A stretch of 64,000 nucleotides of DNA, from NCBI GenBank assembly GCA_035690885.1, contig DASSKC010000062.1:733-64732 (forward strand). Direction: 5' to 3'. The notes under the pieces are model-generated. The model did no database searches, was not told the origin of the DNA, and saw only the letters and a list, made by a program, of their open reading frames with translations. Within the stretch, counting starts at the first letter, position 1, and the number at the start of each line of letters is the position of its first letter. Origin of the DNA: Oleiagrimonas sp. Lineage in GTDB: Bacteria; Pseudomonadota; Gammaproteobacteria; Xanthomonadales; Rhodanobacteraceae. Shown in pieces: positions 50,325 through 59,091 of this stretch. Both the position numbers and the translations under genes were made by a program.

Positions 50325-52615
50325 ATGATGGCGAACGCGATCCCGGAGCCAGGACATCGACATCGCGCTCGGCACGCTTTCCGGGCTTCTACAAGCTGTC
50401 GGTTGCCGAGCGGGTCAGGCTGCTGAGCGGGCGCGGACTGCTGTGCCGCGACGATTTTCGTGCGCTGGCCAGTGGGCGCCACAAGCTGACGGTGGACAAG
50501 GCCGACAAGATGATCGAGAACGTCATCGGCGTACTCGGCATGCCGGTCGGACTGGGCCTGAACTTCCTCATCAACGACAAGGACTACGTGATACCGCTCG
50601 CCGTCGAGGAGCCCTCCATCGTTGCGGCCCTCAGTTCGGCGGCCAAGCTGGCGCGCAAGGGTGGCGGGTTTCGCACCCGCAGCACCAAGCCGATCCTGAT
50701 CGGGCAGGTGCAGGTGGTGGACGTGGCGCACGCGAGCAAGGCGCAGGCCGCGCTGCTGCGGCGCAAGGACGAGCTCATCAACCTCGCCAACAGCCTGCAT
50801 CCGAACATGGTCGCACGTGGCGGCGGCGTCGAGGACGTCGAGGTCATGGTCCATTCCGCGCCCGACGGCAAGCGTGACATGGTCGTCGTGCATCTGCTGG
50901 TCAACACCTGTGACGCCATGGGCGCCAACCTGGTCAATACCATGTGCGAGGGCGTGGCGCCGCTGGTGGAAACCATTACCGGCGGCAAGGTGTTCCTGCG
51001 CATCCTGTCCAATCTGACCGACCGTGCGCTGGTGTGGGCCGAGGCCGTGATTCCGGTCGAGGCGCTGGCCGGCAAGGGCCGCGACGGTGCCGAAGTGCGC
51101 GACGGCATCATCCTGGCCAACGACCTGGCCATCGTCGATCCGTACCGTGCGGCAACCCACAACAAAGGCGTGATGAATGGCGTCGATGCCGTGGCCTTGG
51201 CCACCGGCAACGATTGGCGCGCGCTGGAAGCGGCCGCGCATGCGTATGCCGCGCGCGGCAAGAGCTACACGTCGCTGACGCGCTGGTACAAGAACGACAA
51301 CGGCGATCTGGTCGGCAGCATCGAAATGCCGATGAAGGTCGGTACCGTGGGCGGCAACCTGCAGTCCAACCCGACTGTCGGCATCAACCACCGCCTGCTC
51401 GGCATCGACAGCGGCCGCGAGTTGGCCGAGGTGATGGGCGCCGTGGGTCTGGCGCAGAATTTCTCGGCCCTGCGTGCGCTGGTCACCGACGGCATCCAGC
51501 AGGGCCACATGACCTTGCACGCGCGCAGCGTGGCAATGGCGGCCGAGGCGACACCGGAGATGTTCGATACCGTGGTCGAGCGGCTGCTCGAAGACGGTGA
51601 GATCAAGATCTGGAAGGCGCGCGAAATCATCGCCGAACTGGGTGGCAAGGCGCGTCCGCGCCTGGTCGCCGGCAAGGACAAGCGCGAGGACGAGGCGTCC
51701 TGGTCGGCCGGTCACGGCAAGATCATCCTGCTTGGCGAACATGCCGTGGTACATGGCCGCCATGCCATCGCCGCGCCGGTGCCGCTGGCGATCAAGGCGC
51801 GCGTCGATGATGCGGACGAAGGCGTCACCTTGATGATCCCGCGCTGGGGCGTCGAGCAGCGCCTGCAACAGCACCTCAACCATCCGGGATCGTTCCTGCA
51901 GTCGCTGGCCATGTTGATCGACAAGCTCGAGCTGGGCGATCGGGCGATGGAAGTGCGCGTGTATCCCAATGTGCCGCGTGCCATGGGGCTGGGTGGTTCG
52001 GCGGCGTTGGCCGTGGCCGTGATCCGTGCGCTGAACCGGCATTTCAGTCTGTCGTTGAGCGAGGCGGATATTTGCCAGCTGGCTTTCGAGTGCGAAAAGA
52101 TCGCGCATGGCACGCCATCGGGTATCGACAACACCGTCGCCACGTACGGCAAGCCGTTGCTGTACCGCAGTGGCAATCCGGCGGAAGTGGAAACCCTGCA
52201 TCTGACCGAGTCGTTGCCACTGGTCATCGGCCTGTCCGGTACCGAAAGCCTGACCGCCAAGATGGTGGCGCGCGTTCGCCGCGCGTGGGAAAACAACAAG
52301 CCGCTTTACGAGCGCATCTTCGACGAAATCGACACTTTGACCATGCATGCGCTGGATGCGCTCAAGGCACACGATCTGGCCCAACTGGGCGAGTTGATGA
52401 ATGTCTGCCAGGGCCAGCTCAATGCGCTGCAAGTGTCCAGCTGGGAGCTTGAGGAATTGATGCAGATTGCACGCGACAACGGCGCCACCGGCGCCAAGCT
52501 GACCGGTGGCGGCGGTGGCGGTTCGATGATCGCGCTGTGCCCCGATGGCACGCAACAAGTAGTGCAGGCGATGCACAACGCGGGCTACCAGGCGATGGAG
52601 GTGCGCTTTGGCTGA
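50306..52615 (+). CDS. Apparent bifunctional class II HMG-CoA reductase (about aa 1-445) fused to mevalonate kinase (about aa 468-769)
   Basis: The HMGR part has EEPSIVAA, DAMGANLVNTMCE, THNKGVMNG, GTVGG, QQGHMTLHAR. A charged linker GGKARPRLVAGKDKREDEASWSA follows. The MK part has GHGKIILLGEHAVVHG, PRAMGLGGSAALAVAV, KLTGGGGGGSMIAL. It is a single uninterrupted 769-aa ORF. Confidence 0.85.
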   Translation: MDNVRVNDGERDPGARTSTSRSARFPGFYKLSVAERVRLLSGRGLLCRDDFRALASGRHKLTVDKADKMIENVIGVLGMPVGLGLNFLINDKDYVIPLAVEEPSIVAALSSAAKLARKGGGFRTRSTKPILIGQVQVVDVAHASKAQAALLRRKDELINLANSLHPNMVARGGGVEDVEVMVHSAPDGKRDMVVVHLLVNTCDAMGANLVNTMCEGVAPLVETITGGKVFLRILSNLTDRALVWAEAVIPVEALAGKGRDGAEVRDGIILANDLAIVDPYRAATHNKGVMNGVDAVALATGNDWRALEAAAHAYAARGKSYTSLTRWYKNDNGDLVGSIEMPMKVGTVGGNLQSNPTVGINHRLLGIDSGRELAEVMGAVGLAQNFSALRALVTDGIQQGHMTLHARSVAMAAEATPEMFDTVVERLLEDGEIKIWKAREIIAELGGKARPRLVAGKDKREDEASWSAGHGKIILLGEHAVVHGRHAIAAPVPLAIKARVDDADEGVTLMIPRWGVEQRLQQHLNHPGSFLQSLAMLIDKLELGDRAMEVRVYPNVPRAMGLGGSAALAVAVIRALNRHFSLSLSEADICQLAFECEKIAHGTPSGIDNTVATYGKPLLYRSGNPAEVETLHLTESLPLVIGLSGTESLTAKMVARVRRAWENNKPLYERIFDEIDTLTMHALDALKAHDLAQLGELMNVCQGQLNALQVSSWELEELMQIARDNGATGAKLTGGGGGGSMIALCPDGTQQVVQAMHNAGYQAMEVRFG

Positions 52616-53189
52616 GGCATTGACGCAAACCGATCCGGTGGTCTCGTTTGATTCGGAACAATTGATCCTGGTCAATTCGGACGACCACGAAATAGGGTAC
52701 AAGGACAAAGGTGCCTGTCATGACGGTCACGGCATCCTGCATCGCGCCTTTTCGTTGTTCGTGTTCAATCGAAACGGCGAGTTGCTGTTGCAGCAGCGCG
52801 CGAAGGACAAGCGCCTGTGGCCCGGTTACTGGGCCAATACGTGCTGCAGCCACCCGCGCCGCGGCGAAAGCATGGACGATGCCACGGCCAGGCGTCTGGC
52901 CGAGGAAATGGGCATGCGCTGCGACCTGCGCTACCTGTACAAGTTCGAATACCAGGCCGATTATGGTGATCTGGGTGCCGAACACGAGTTGTGCCGGGTT
53001 TACGTGGGCCAGTCCGACAGCCCCGTATCGGTCAACGTCAACGAGGTCGAAGCCTGGCGCTTCGTCTCGGCGGCAGAGCTGGACGAGGAAATCGAGGCCC
53101 ATCCGGAGCGTTTCACGCCATGGCTGAAAATGGAATGGCAACGATTGCGCAATGAGTTCAATGCAGTTTTGCCACTGAGTAGTGGCTGA
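52608..53189 (+). CDS. idi: Isopentenyl-diphosphate delta-isomerase, type 1 (Nudix)
   Basis: HRAFSLFVFN..GELLLQQRA..K..WPGYWANTCCSHP..GE. TTG start with 'ggag' 7 nt upstream. 8-nt overlap with the fusion ORF. Confidence 0.85.
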   Translation: MAEALTQTDPVVSFDSEQLILVNSDDHEIGYKDKGACHDGHGILHRAFSLFVFNRNGELLLQQRAKDKRLWPGYWANTCCSHPRRGESMDDATARRLAEEMGMRCDLRYLYKFEYQADYGDLGAEHELCRVYVGQSDSPVSVNVNEVEAWRFVSAAELDEEIEAHPERFTPWLKMEWQRLRNEFNAVLPLSSG

Positions 53190-53291
53190 ACCCGTTGATA
53201 CGGTTGTTTTGACTACACCCTGGTATGCGCCTAGGCTGAAAACCGGACGAGAGAAAAAACATTTTCGAATATCGCATTGAAGGAGGTCATC

Positions 53292-54410
53292 ATGAGCATA
53301 CCCCTCGTGCAAAAGTACCGCGTGGCTCGCTACGTGGTCGGCAAGAAACTCGCGGGTGTCAAACGATACCCGCTGACGTTGATGCTGGAACCGCTGTTCC
53401 AATGCAACCTGGCCTGTCCCGGTTGCGGCAAGATCGACTACGAAGATGACATCCTGCGCCGACGCATGAGCGTCGAGGATGCCTTGCATGCGGTCGATGA
53501 ATGCGGTGCGCCCATGGTGTCGCTGCCCGGTGGCGAGCCCTTGATCCACAAGGAAATCGACCAGATCGTCGAGGGCATCATCGCGCGCAAGAAGTTCGTC
53601 TATCTTTGCACCAATGCGATTCTGCTGAAGAAAAAACTCGACCTGTTCAAGCCGTCACCGTATCTCACGTTTTCCGTGCATCTGGACGGCCTGCGTGAGG
53701 AGCACGACAAGTCGGTCGATCGCGAAGGTGTTTTCGACACGGTCGTGGAGGCAATTTCCGAAGCGTTGAAACGCGGCTTTCGTGTCACCGTCAATTGCAC
53801 GCTGTTCACGGGCGAAGATCCGGCCCGGGTGGCGCAGTTCTTCGATTACGTGACCGAGCTGGGCGTGGAGGGCATCACCGTCTCGCCGGGCTACAGCTAC
53901 CAGCACGCCGCGCGTCAGGATGTGTTCCTGCCACGCAATGCCAGCAAGGATCTGTTCCGCGACATCTTCCGCCATGGCAAGCAGCGCAAGGACAAATGGC
54001 GCTTCAACCAGTCCGGCCTGTTCCTGGACTTTCTCGCCGGCAACCAGACCTACCAGTGCACGCCGTGGTCAATGCCTTGCTACAACATGTTCGGCTGGCA
54101 AAAGCCGTGCTATCTGCTGGTGGACGAGGGCTACGTGCCCACCTTTGATCAATTGATCAACGACACCGACTGGGATCATTACGGCTTCGGCCACAATCCC
54201 AAGTGCGACAACTGCATGGCCCATTGCGGCTACGAAGGCACGGCCGTCGACGACACCTTCAATCATCCGTTGAAGGCCTTGTTCGAGTCCATGCGCGGAC
54301 CGCGCACCGAAGGCCCGATGGCGCCGGAGCTGCCGGTTCTGTACAGCACTCGTGAGAGTGACCCGGCCGACATGCGGGTGGCGGTCACCGGTCCCGAAGA
54401 CCACCACTGA
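53292..54410 (+). CDS. hpnH: Adenosyl-hopene transferase HpnH (radical SAM)
   Basis: CNLACPGC is a CX3CX2C cluster. The C-terminal Cys-rich region (CTPW...CYLL...KCDNCMAHCGYE) is conserved in HpnH. SD 'aggagg' lies 5 nt before ATG 53292. Confidence 0.9.
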   Translation: MSIPLVQKYRVARYVVGKKLAGVKRYPLTLMLEPLFQCNLACPGCGKIDYEDDILRRRMSVEDALHAVDECGAPMVSLPGGEPLIHKEIDQIVEGIIARKKFVYLCTNAILLKKKLDLFKPSPYLTFSVHLDGLREEHDKSVDREGVFDTVVEAISEALKRGFRVTVNCTLFTGEDPARVAQFFDYVTELGVEGITVSPGYSYQHAARQDVFLPRNASKDLFRDIFRHGKQRKDKWRFNQSGLFLDFLAGNQTYQCTPWSMPCYNMFGWQKPCYLLVDEGYVPTFDQLINDTDWDHYGFGHNPKCDNCMAHCGYEGTAVDDTFNHPLKALFESMRGPRTEGPMAPELPVLYSTRESDPADMRVAVTGPEDHH

Positions 54411-54470
54411 CACGTAGCTGGCGTCCTGTACCCTGACACCCTCGCGTTTCAAGATCGCGAAGGTGGTGTT

Positions 54471-54544
54471 GTAGGTCGGGCATCGCCCGACGACCAGCCC
54501 GCATGCGCTCGTGACGGTTTGTCGGCGGGCAGTGCCCGCCCTAC
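54471..54544. repeat. REP-like element, second subtype (two hairpin arms in inverted orientation)
   Basis: gtaggtcgggcatcgcccgacg ... tgtcggcgggcagtgcccgccctac. Each arm is itself a 7-bp hairpin. It shares the GTAGGTCGGG terminus with the elements at 25989 and 34132. Confidence 0.7.
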
Positions 54545-54615
54545 GATGTCAGGCAAGTAGAGCAGGCACTCGCGGCGGCCGTCCCTGGCCATGCGTCGTC
54601 ATGGTCTGCCCATCA

Positions 54616-57600
54616 TCACGGCGTGCGATCGCTTCGACCCATCGGCGTGCCTTCGTCTCCTTCGCTTTCGAACGGCTGCGCTTCGATGGCTCCGGCATGC
54701 GTGTCGAGCTTGTCTCCCAGCAGGCGCCGGATGACCACGTAGAACACCGGAACGAACAGCACGCCGAGCACCGTGGCGAACAGCATGCCGCCAATCACGC
54801 CCGTGCCGATGGCGTGGCGGGCATTGGCGCCGGCACCCGTGGAGATGGCCAGCGGCAACACGCCGAGGATGAACGCCAGTGACGTCATCAGGATGGGACG
54901 GAAGCGCAAGCGTGCCGCTTCGACCACCGCTTCGCGCAGCGAGCGCCCGGCAGCTTGTTCGGCCACCGCGTATTCGATGATCAGGATGGCGTTCTTCGCC
55001 GCCAGGCCGATGATCGTGATCAATCCGATCTTGAAGTAGATGTCGTTGGGCAGGCCACGCAGCATCGTGAATGCCACCGAGCCCAGGACACCCAACGGCA
55101 CGATCAACAATACCGAGATCGGGATCGACCAGCTTTCGTACAGCGCGGCCAGACACAGGAAGGCCACGATCAACGACAAGCCGAACAGCAGCGGCGCGGT
55201 ATTGCCGGACATCACTTCCTGGTAGGACTGTCCGGTCCAGTCGATGGCAAAGCCCTCCGGCAAGTCCTCGTTGACGATCTTCTGCATCGCCGCCATGGCC
55301 TGACCGGAACTGTAGCCTTCGGCGGCCGATCCGTTGATCTGGATGGCCGAGTAGCCGTTGTAACGGGTGCGGTCCGGTGGCGCGACTTCCCACTCGGGAT
55401 GGACCACATTGGAGATCGGGACCATGTTGCTGCCGTCGTGATCCGGATCGGCAATCAGGCTGCTTGGCGTGTAGAAGTGGGTCAGTGCCTCCGGCCCCAT
55501 GCGATACGGTGCCTGGGCCTGCATGATCACGCGTTTGGTGCGTCCCTCGGCGCTGAAGTCGTTGATGTACACCGGTGCCAGCATCAGGCGCACGGCGTTG
55601 TAGACATCGGTGACCGACAAGCCCATGGATTGGGCCTGGGTGCGGTCCACATTGAGTTTGAGCTGCGGCGCATCGGGCAGGGCATTGGGACGCACTTGTG
55701 TCAGCACGGGGTTTTTCCGGGCCGCGGCCAGGAGGGTGTGCTCGGCCTTGGTCAGTGCGGCAAAGCCCTTGCCGGAGCGGTCCTCCAGGTACATGGCGAA
55801 ACCACCGAACTGGCCCAGTCCCTGCACGGTCGGCACGTTGAGCATGAAGACGGTGGCGTCATGGATGCCCATGAACAGCTTGCCGTTGTTGCGTGCAATG
55901 TATTGTTGCGCCGTGACCGAGCGTTCGTCCCAGTCTTTCAGTTGCACGAAGGCCATGCCGACGTTTTCACCGGAGCCGACGAAACTGAAACCGCTGACCT
56001 GGAAAACGTTGGCCGTAGCCGGGTCCTTGTCGAGGATTTTCCGGATCTTCGCCATCACGTCTTCGGTACGGTGCAGCGTTGCGCCGGGCGGGAGCTGCAC
56101 GATGATCATCGCGTAGCCCTGGTCTTCCTCGGGCAGGAAACTGGTCGGCATCTTGACGAACAGGAAGCCGCAAAGCACTGCCAGCAACACGAACGCGATC
56201 ATCCAGCGCGGCGCGTGGCCGGCGGCCTTGTGCACGCGGTGCGCATAGTTGTTCGTGGTCCAGTCGAAGAACTGGTTGAACTTGCGGAACACGATGTTCT
56301 TTTTCTTGTCGTGATCGTGTTTGATCAGCTGCACGCACAGGGCCGGCGTGAACGACAAGGCCAGGAACGCCGAGAACACCATCGACAGGGCAATGGTCAG
56401 CGCGAACTGCTGGTAGATGGCACCGACGCTGCCGCCTTGCAGCGCACTGGGAATGAACACGGCGGCCAACACCACCGTGATCGCCACGACGGCGCCGGTA
56501 ATCTGCCCCATCGCCTTGCGCGTGGCCTGCTTGATCGGCAGTTTGTCTTCGCGCATCACGCGCTCGACGTTCTCGATCACCACGATGGCGTCATCGACCA
56601 GGATGCCGATCGCCAGCACCATGCCGAACATCGTCAGCTGGTTGATGGTGAATCCCATGGCCGTCATGCCCAGGAACGTGCCCAGCAGGGCGACCGGAAT
56701 GACCAGGGTCGGGATGATGGTCGCGCGGATGTTCTGCAGGAACAGCAGCATCACCAGGAACACCAGCACGATGGCCTCGGCCAGCGTCATGATCACTTCT
56801 TCGATGGCGATGTTGACGAAGGTGGTCGAGTCGTACGGCACCAGCCAGGACAGTCCGGCCGGGAACGAGCTGGACAGCTCGTTCATCTTGTTCTTGACCT
56901 CTTCGGCCACGGTCAGGGCATTCGCGCCGCTTTGCAGCTGGATCGCGAAGGCTCCGGTAGGTGCGCCGTTGTAGGTGGAATTGAAGCCGTAATGTTGCGC
57001 GCCGAACCCGATCTTGGCCACATCCTTGAGGCGCACGGTGGTGCCGTCGGCATTGGCGCGCAAGATGATGTTGCCGAACTGCTCGGGCGTGTTGAATCGT
57101 GACTCGGTGGTCACGTTGGCGGTGAAGCCCTGGCTGTCGGGGGATGGCATGGCGCCGATCGAGCCGGCCGCAAACTGCACGTTCTGCGATTGCACGGCGT
57201 TGAGCACCTGGGTCGCGGACAAGCCGTAACCGTGCAGCTTGTCCGGATTGAGCCAGATGCGCATGGCGTAACCGGAGCCGAACTGGTTCACGTTGCCGAC
57301 GCCGGGCAGGCGCGAGATCTGGTCGATGATGTGTACGGCGACGTAATCGTTGATCGCCTTCTGGTCCATCGTGCCGTCTTCAGAGCGCAATGCCACCAGC
57401 ATCAGGAAGCCGGCGCTGGCCTTTTGCACGGTCACGCCTTGTTGCGTCACTTCCTTGGGCAGGCGCGGTGCAGCCAGCGAGACCTTGTTTTGTACCTGCA
57501 CCTGGGCGATGTCGGCGTCGGTCCCGGCGGCGAACGTCAGGTTGATCTGGACGCGTCCGGTCGAGCTCGACGAGGAGCTGAAGTACAGCAGGTTGTCGAT

Positions 57601-57813
57601 GCCGGTCAGTTGCTGCTCGATCACCTGGGTGACCGTTTTCTCGAGCGTTTCGGCACTGGCACCGGGGTAGCTGGCGCTCACATTGACCTGTACCGGCGCG
57701 ATGCTCGGGTACGACTCCACACCGAGGTTGAGAATGGAGATGACGCCGCCAAGCGATATGAGGATCGCGACGACCCAGGCAAAGACCGGCCTGTCGATGA
57801 AAAACTTGGGCAT
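54616..57813 (-). CDS. RND efflux transporter permease (HAE1, AcrB/MexB-like)
   Basis: 1065 aa. N-terminus MPKFFIDRPVFAWVVAILISLGG and a typical 12-TM, two-large-loop organisation. Confidence 0.95.
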   Translation of the reverse strand: MPKFFIDRPVFAWVVAILISLGGVISILNLGVESYPSIAPVQVNVSASYPGASAETLEKTVTQVIEQQLTGIDNLLYFSSSSSSTGRVQINLTFAAGTDADIAQVQVQNKVSLAAPRLPKEVTQQGVTVQKASAGFLMLVALRSEDGTMDQKAINDYVAVHIIDQISRLPGVGNVNQFGSGYAMRIWLNPDKLHGYGLSATQVLNAVQSQNVQFAAGSIGAMPSPDSQGFTANVTTESRFNTPEQFGNIILRANADGTTVRLKDVAKIGFGAQHYGFNSTYNGAPTGAFAIQLQSGANALTVAEEVKNKMNELSSSFPAGLSWLVPYDSTTFVNIAIEEVIMTLAEAIVLVFLVMLLFLQNIRATIIPTLVIPVALLGTFLGMTAMGFTINQLTMFGMVLAIGILVDDAIVVIENVERVMREDKLPIKQATRKAMGQITGAVVAITVVLAAVFIPSALQGGSVGAIYQQFALTIALSMVFSAFLALSFTPALCVQLIKHDHDKKKNIVFRKFNQFFDWTTNNYAHRVHKAAGHAPRWMIAFVLLAVLCGFLFVKMPTSFLPEEDQGYAMIIVQLPPGATLHRTEDVMAKIRKILDKDPATANVFQVSGFSFVGSGENVGMAFVQLKDWDERSVTAQQYIARNNGKLFMGIHDATVFMLNVPTVQGLGQFGGFAMYLEDRSGKGFAALTKAEHTLLAAARKNPVLTQVRPNALPDAPQLKLNVDRTQAQSMGLSVTDVYNAVRLMLAPVYINDFSAEGRTKRVIMQAQAPYRMGPEALTHFYTPSSLIADPDHDGSNMVPISNVVHPEWEVAPPDRTRYNGYSAIQINGSAAEGYSSGQAMAAMQKIVNEDLPEGFAIDWTGQSYQEVMSGNTAPLLFGLSLIVAFLCLAALYESWSIPISVLLIVPLGVLGSVAFTMLRGLPNDIYFKIGLITIIGLAAKNAILIIEYAVAEQAAGRSLREAVVEAARLRFRPILMTSLAFILGVLPLAISTGAGANARHAIGTGVIGGMLFATVLGVLFVPVFYVVIRRLLGDKLDTHAGAIEAQPFESEGDEGTPMGRSDRTP

Positions 57814-57822
57814 GATCGATCC

Positions 57823-59091
57823 TCAGGATTTGGTCGACGGCTTGCCGGCGGCTTCGGATGATGCCGCAGCGGCAGGCGGGGTTGACGCGGCCGCAGCCGG
57901 GGTGACGACGGTCTTGCCCTGGGCCGTTTTTTGACCCGCGGGTTTGGCATTGCCACTGACGGGTTTGACCACCGCGCCGACATGCGCCTTGGGAATGCCG
58001 CCCACGATCACGCGGTCGCCGGCGGCCAGACCCTTGGTGACGACCCAGTTCGGTCCCTGCATGCCATCAAGCGTGACGTTCTTGCGCACGACCTTGTTGT
58101 CCTTGCCGACGGTGAGTACATAGGCGCTGGAGGTATCGCGCTGGACCGCATTCTGCGGTATCAGGAACGCCTGATTGAGCGAACCCATGTCCACTTCGAG
58201 CGTGGCGTACATGCCGGGCAGCAGCACATGTTCGGGGTTGGGGACCAATGCACGCAGCGTGACACCACCCGTGGCCGGGTCCACCGAAGCGGCGGCGAAG
58301 TCCAGCGTGCCGGTATGCGGGTAGGTGGTGCCACCGGGCAGTTTCAGCGTGACGGAAGCTTTGCTGGTGCCTTTCAACGTGGCCTGGCCGCTGACCTGCT
58401 TGGCGCGCAATTGCTGCAGCTCGCCGACCGGCATCGAGAACGTGACGTAGATCGGATCGATCTGTCGCACCGTGGTCAGCAAGGTGGCCGTACCCTGGCC
58501 AACCAGCGCGCCCTCGGTCACCTGTTGTTTGCCGGCGCGACCGGCGATGGGTGCGCGGACCGTGGCATAACCGAGCTTGATGCGGGCATTGTCGACCTGG
58601 GCCTTGGCTGCCGTGACGGCGGCGGCGGCGGTGCGCTTTGCGGCCAGCGCGTTGTCCATCTCCGACTTGGAGATGTAGCCCTTGGGCACCAGTTTGCTCG
58701 CGCGTTCGGCGTGCATCTTGGCATTGGCGTAGGTCGCCTGCGCCTGGGCCAACTCGGCCTGGGCTGCATTCAAGGTGGCCTGGAACGGTGCCGGGTCGAT
58801 CTTGAACAGGACCTGGCCCTCGTCCACATACGTGCCTTCGTTGTAGGTGCGCTTGAGCAGTACGCCACCGACGCGTGCGCGTACATCCGCGGTGCGAAAC
58901 GCCGACAGACGTCCGGTGGCTTCGCGCACCAGAGGTACCGTCTGCGGTTGCACGCGAGTTACCTGCACACTCGCCGGCGGCATTTGACGTTGCTTGTTCT
59001 GGCCGCCGCAGCCGGCCATCAGGGCCACGGCCGTTGCGACGATGAAAACCCGCGATGCGCGGGACGGAATATGACTGCGAGGGGAGGTCAT
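57823..59091 (-). CDS. RND efflux periplasmic adaptor (AcrA/MexA-like lipoprotein) with Ala/Pro-rich C-terminal tail
   Basis: Lipobox LMAGC. It has the coiled-coil and lipoyl regions typical of the HlyD_D23 family. The gene lies 9 nt upstream of the permease. Confidence 0.9.
   Translation of the reverse strand: MTSPRSHIPSRASRVFIVATAVALMAGCGGQNKQRQMPPASVQVTRVQPQTVPLVREATGRLSAFRTADVRARVGGVLLKRTYNEGTYVDEGQVLFKIDPAPFQATLNAAQAELAQAQATYANAKMHAERASKLVPKGYISKSEMDNALAAKRTAAAAVTAAKAQVDNARIKLGYATVRAPIAGRAGKQQVTEGALVGQGTATLLTTVRQIDPIYVTFSMPVGELQQLRAKQVSGQATLKGTSKASVTLKLPGGTTYPHTGTLDFAAASVDPATGGVTLRALVPNPEHVLLPGMYATLEVDMGSLNQAFLIPQNAVQRDTSSAYVLTVGKDNKVVRKNVTLDGMQGPNWVVTKGLAAGDRVIVGGIPKAHVGAVVKPVSGNAKPAGQKTAQGKTVVTPAAAASTPPAAAASSEAAGKPSTKS

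Noticed and set aside
50291-52708. 805-aa minus-strand ORF opposite the HMGR::MK gene. Similar long shadow ORFs occur at 10213-11229(-), 11595-13127(-), 13185-14444(-), 14568-16157(+), 25700-27085(-), 27282-28289(-), 32224-33906(-), 34216-35568(-), 41481-43055(+), 46515-48020(-), 48879-50375(-) and 54955-57102(+).
   Set aside because: These are typical high-GC shadow ORFs. They are rich in Arg, His, Gln and Gly, carry no recognisable motifs, and each fully overlaps a gene on the other strand or frame that has strong family signatures.
54616-57813. RND transporter next to the hopanoid genes as the hopanoid exporter HpnN
   Set aside because: The protein is 1065 aa, has an AcrB-like N-terminus, and comes with a periplasmic adaptor and a TetR regulator, which makes it HAE1 multidrug type. 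As I recall, HpnN is shorter and works without an adaptor. The pump is also convergent to the hpn block and separated from it by a REP element.
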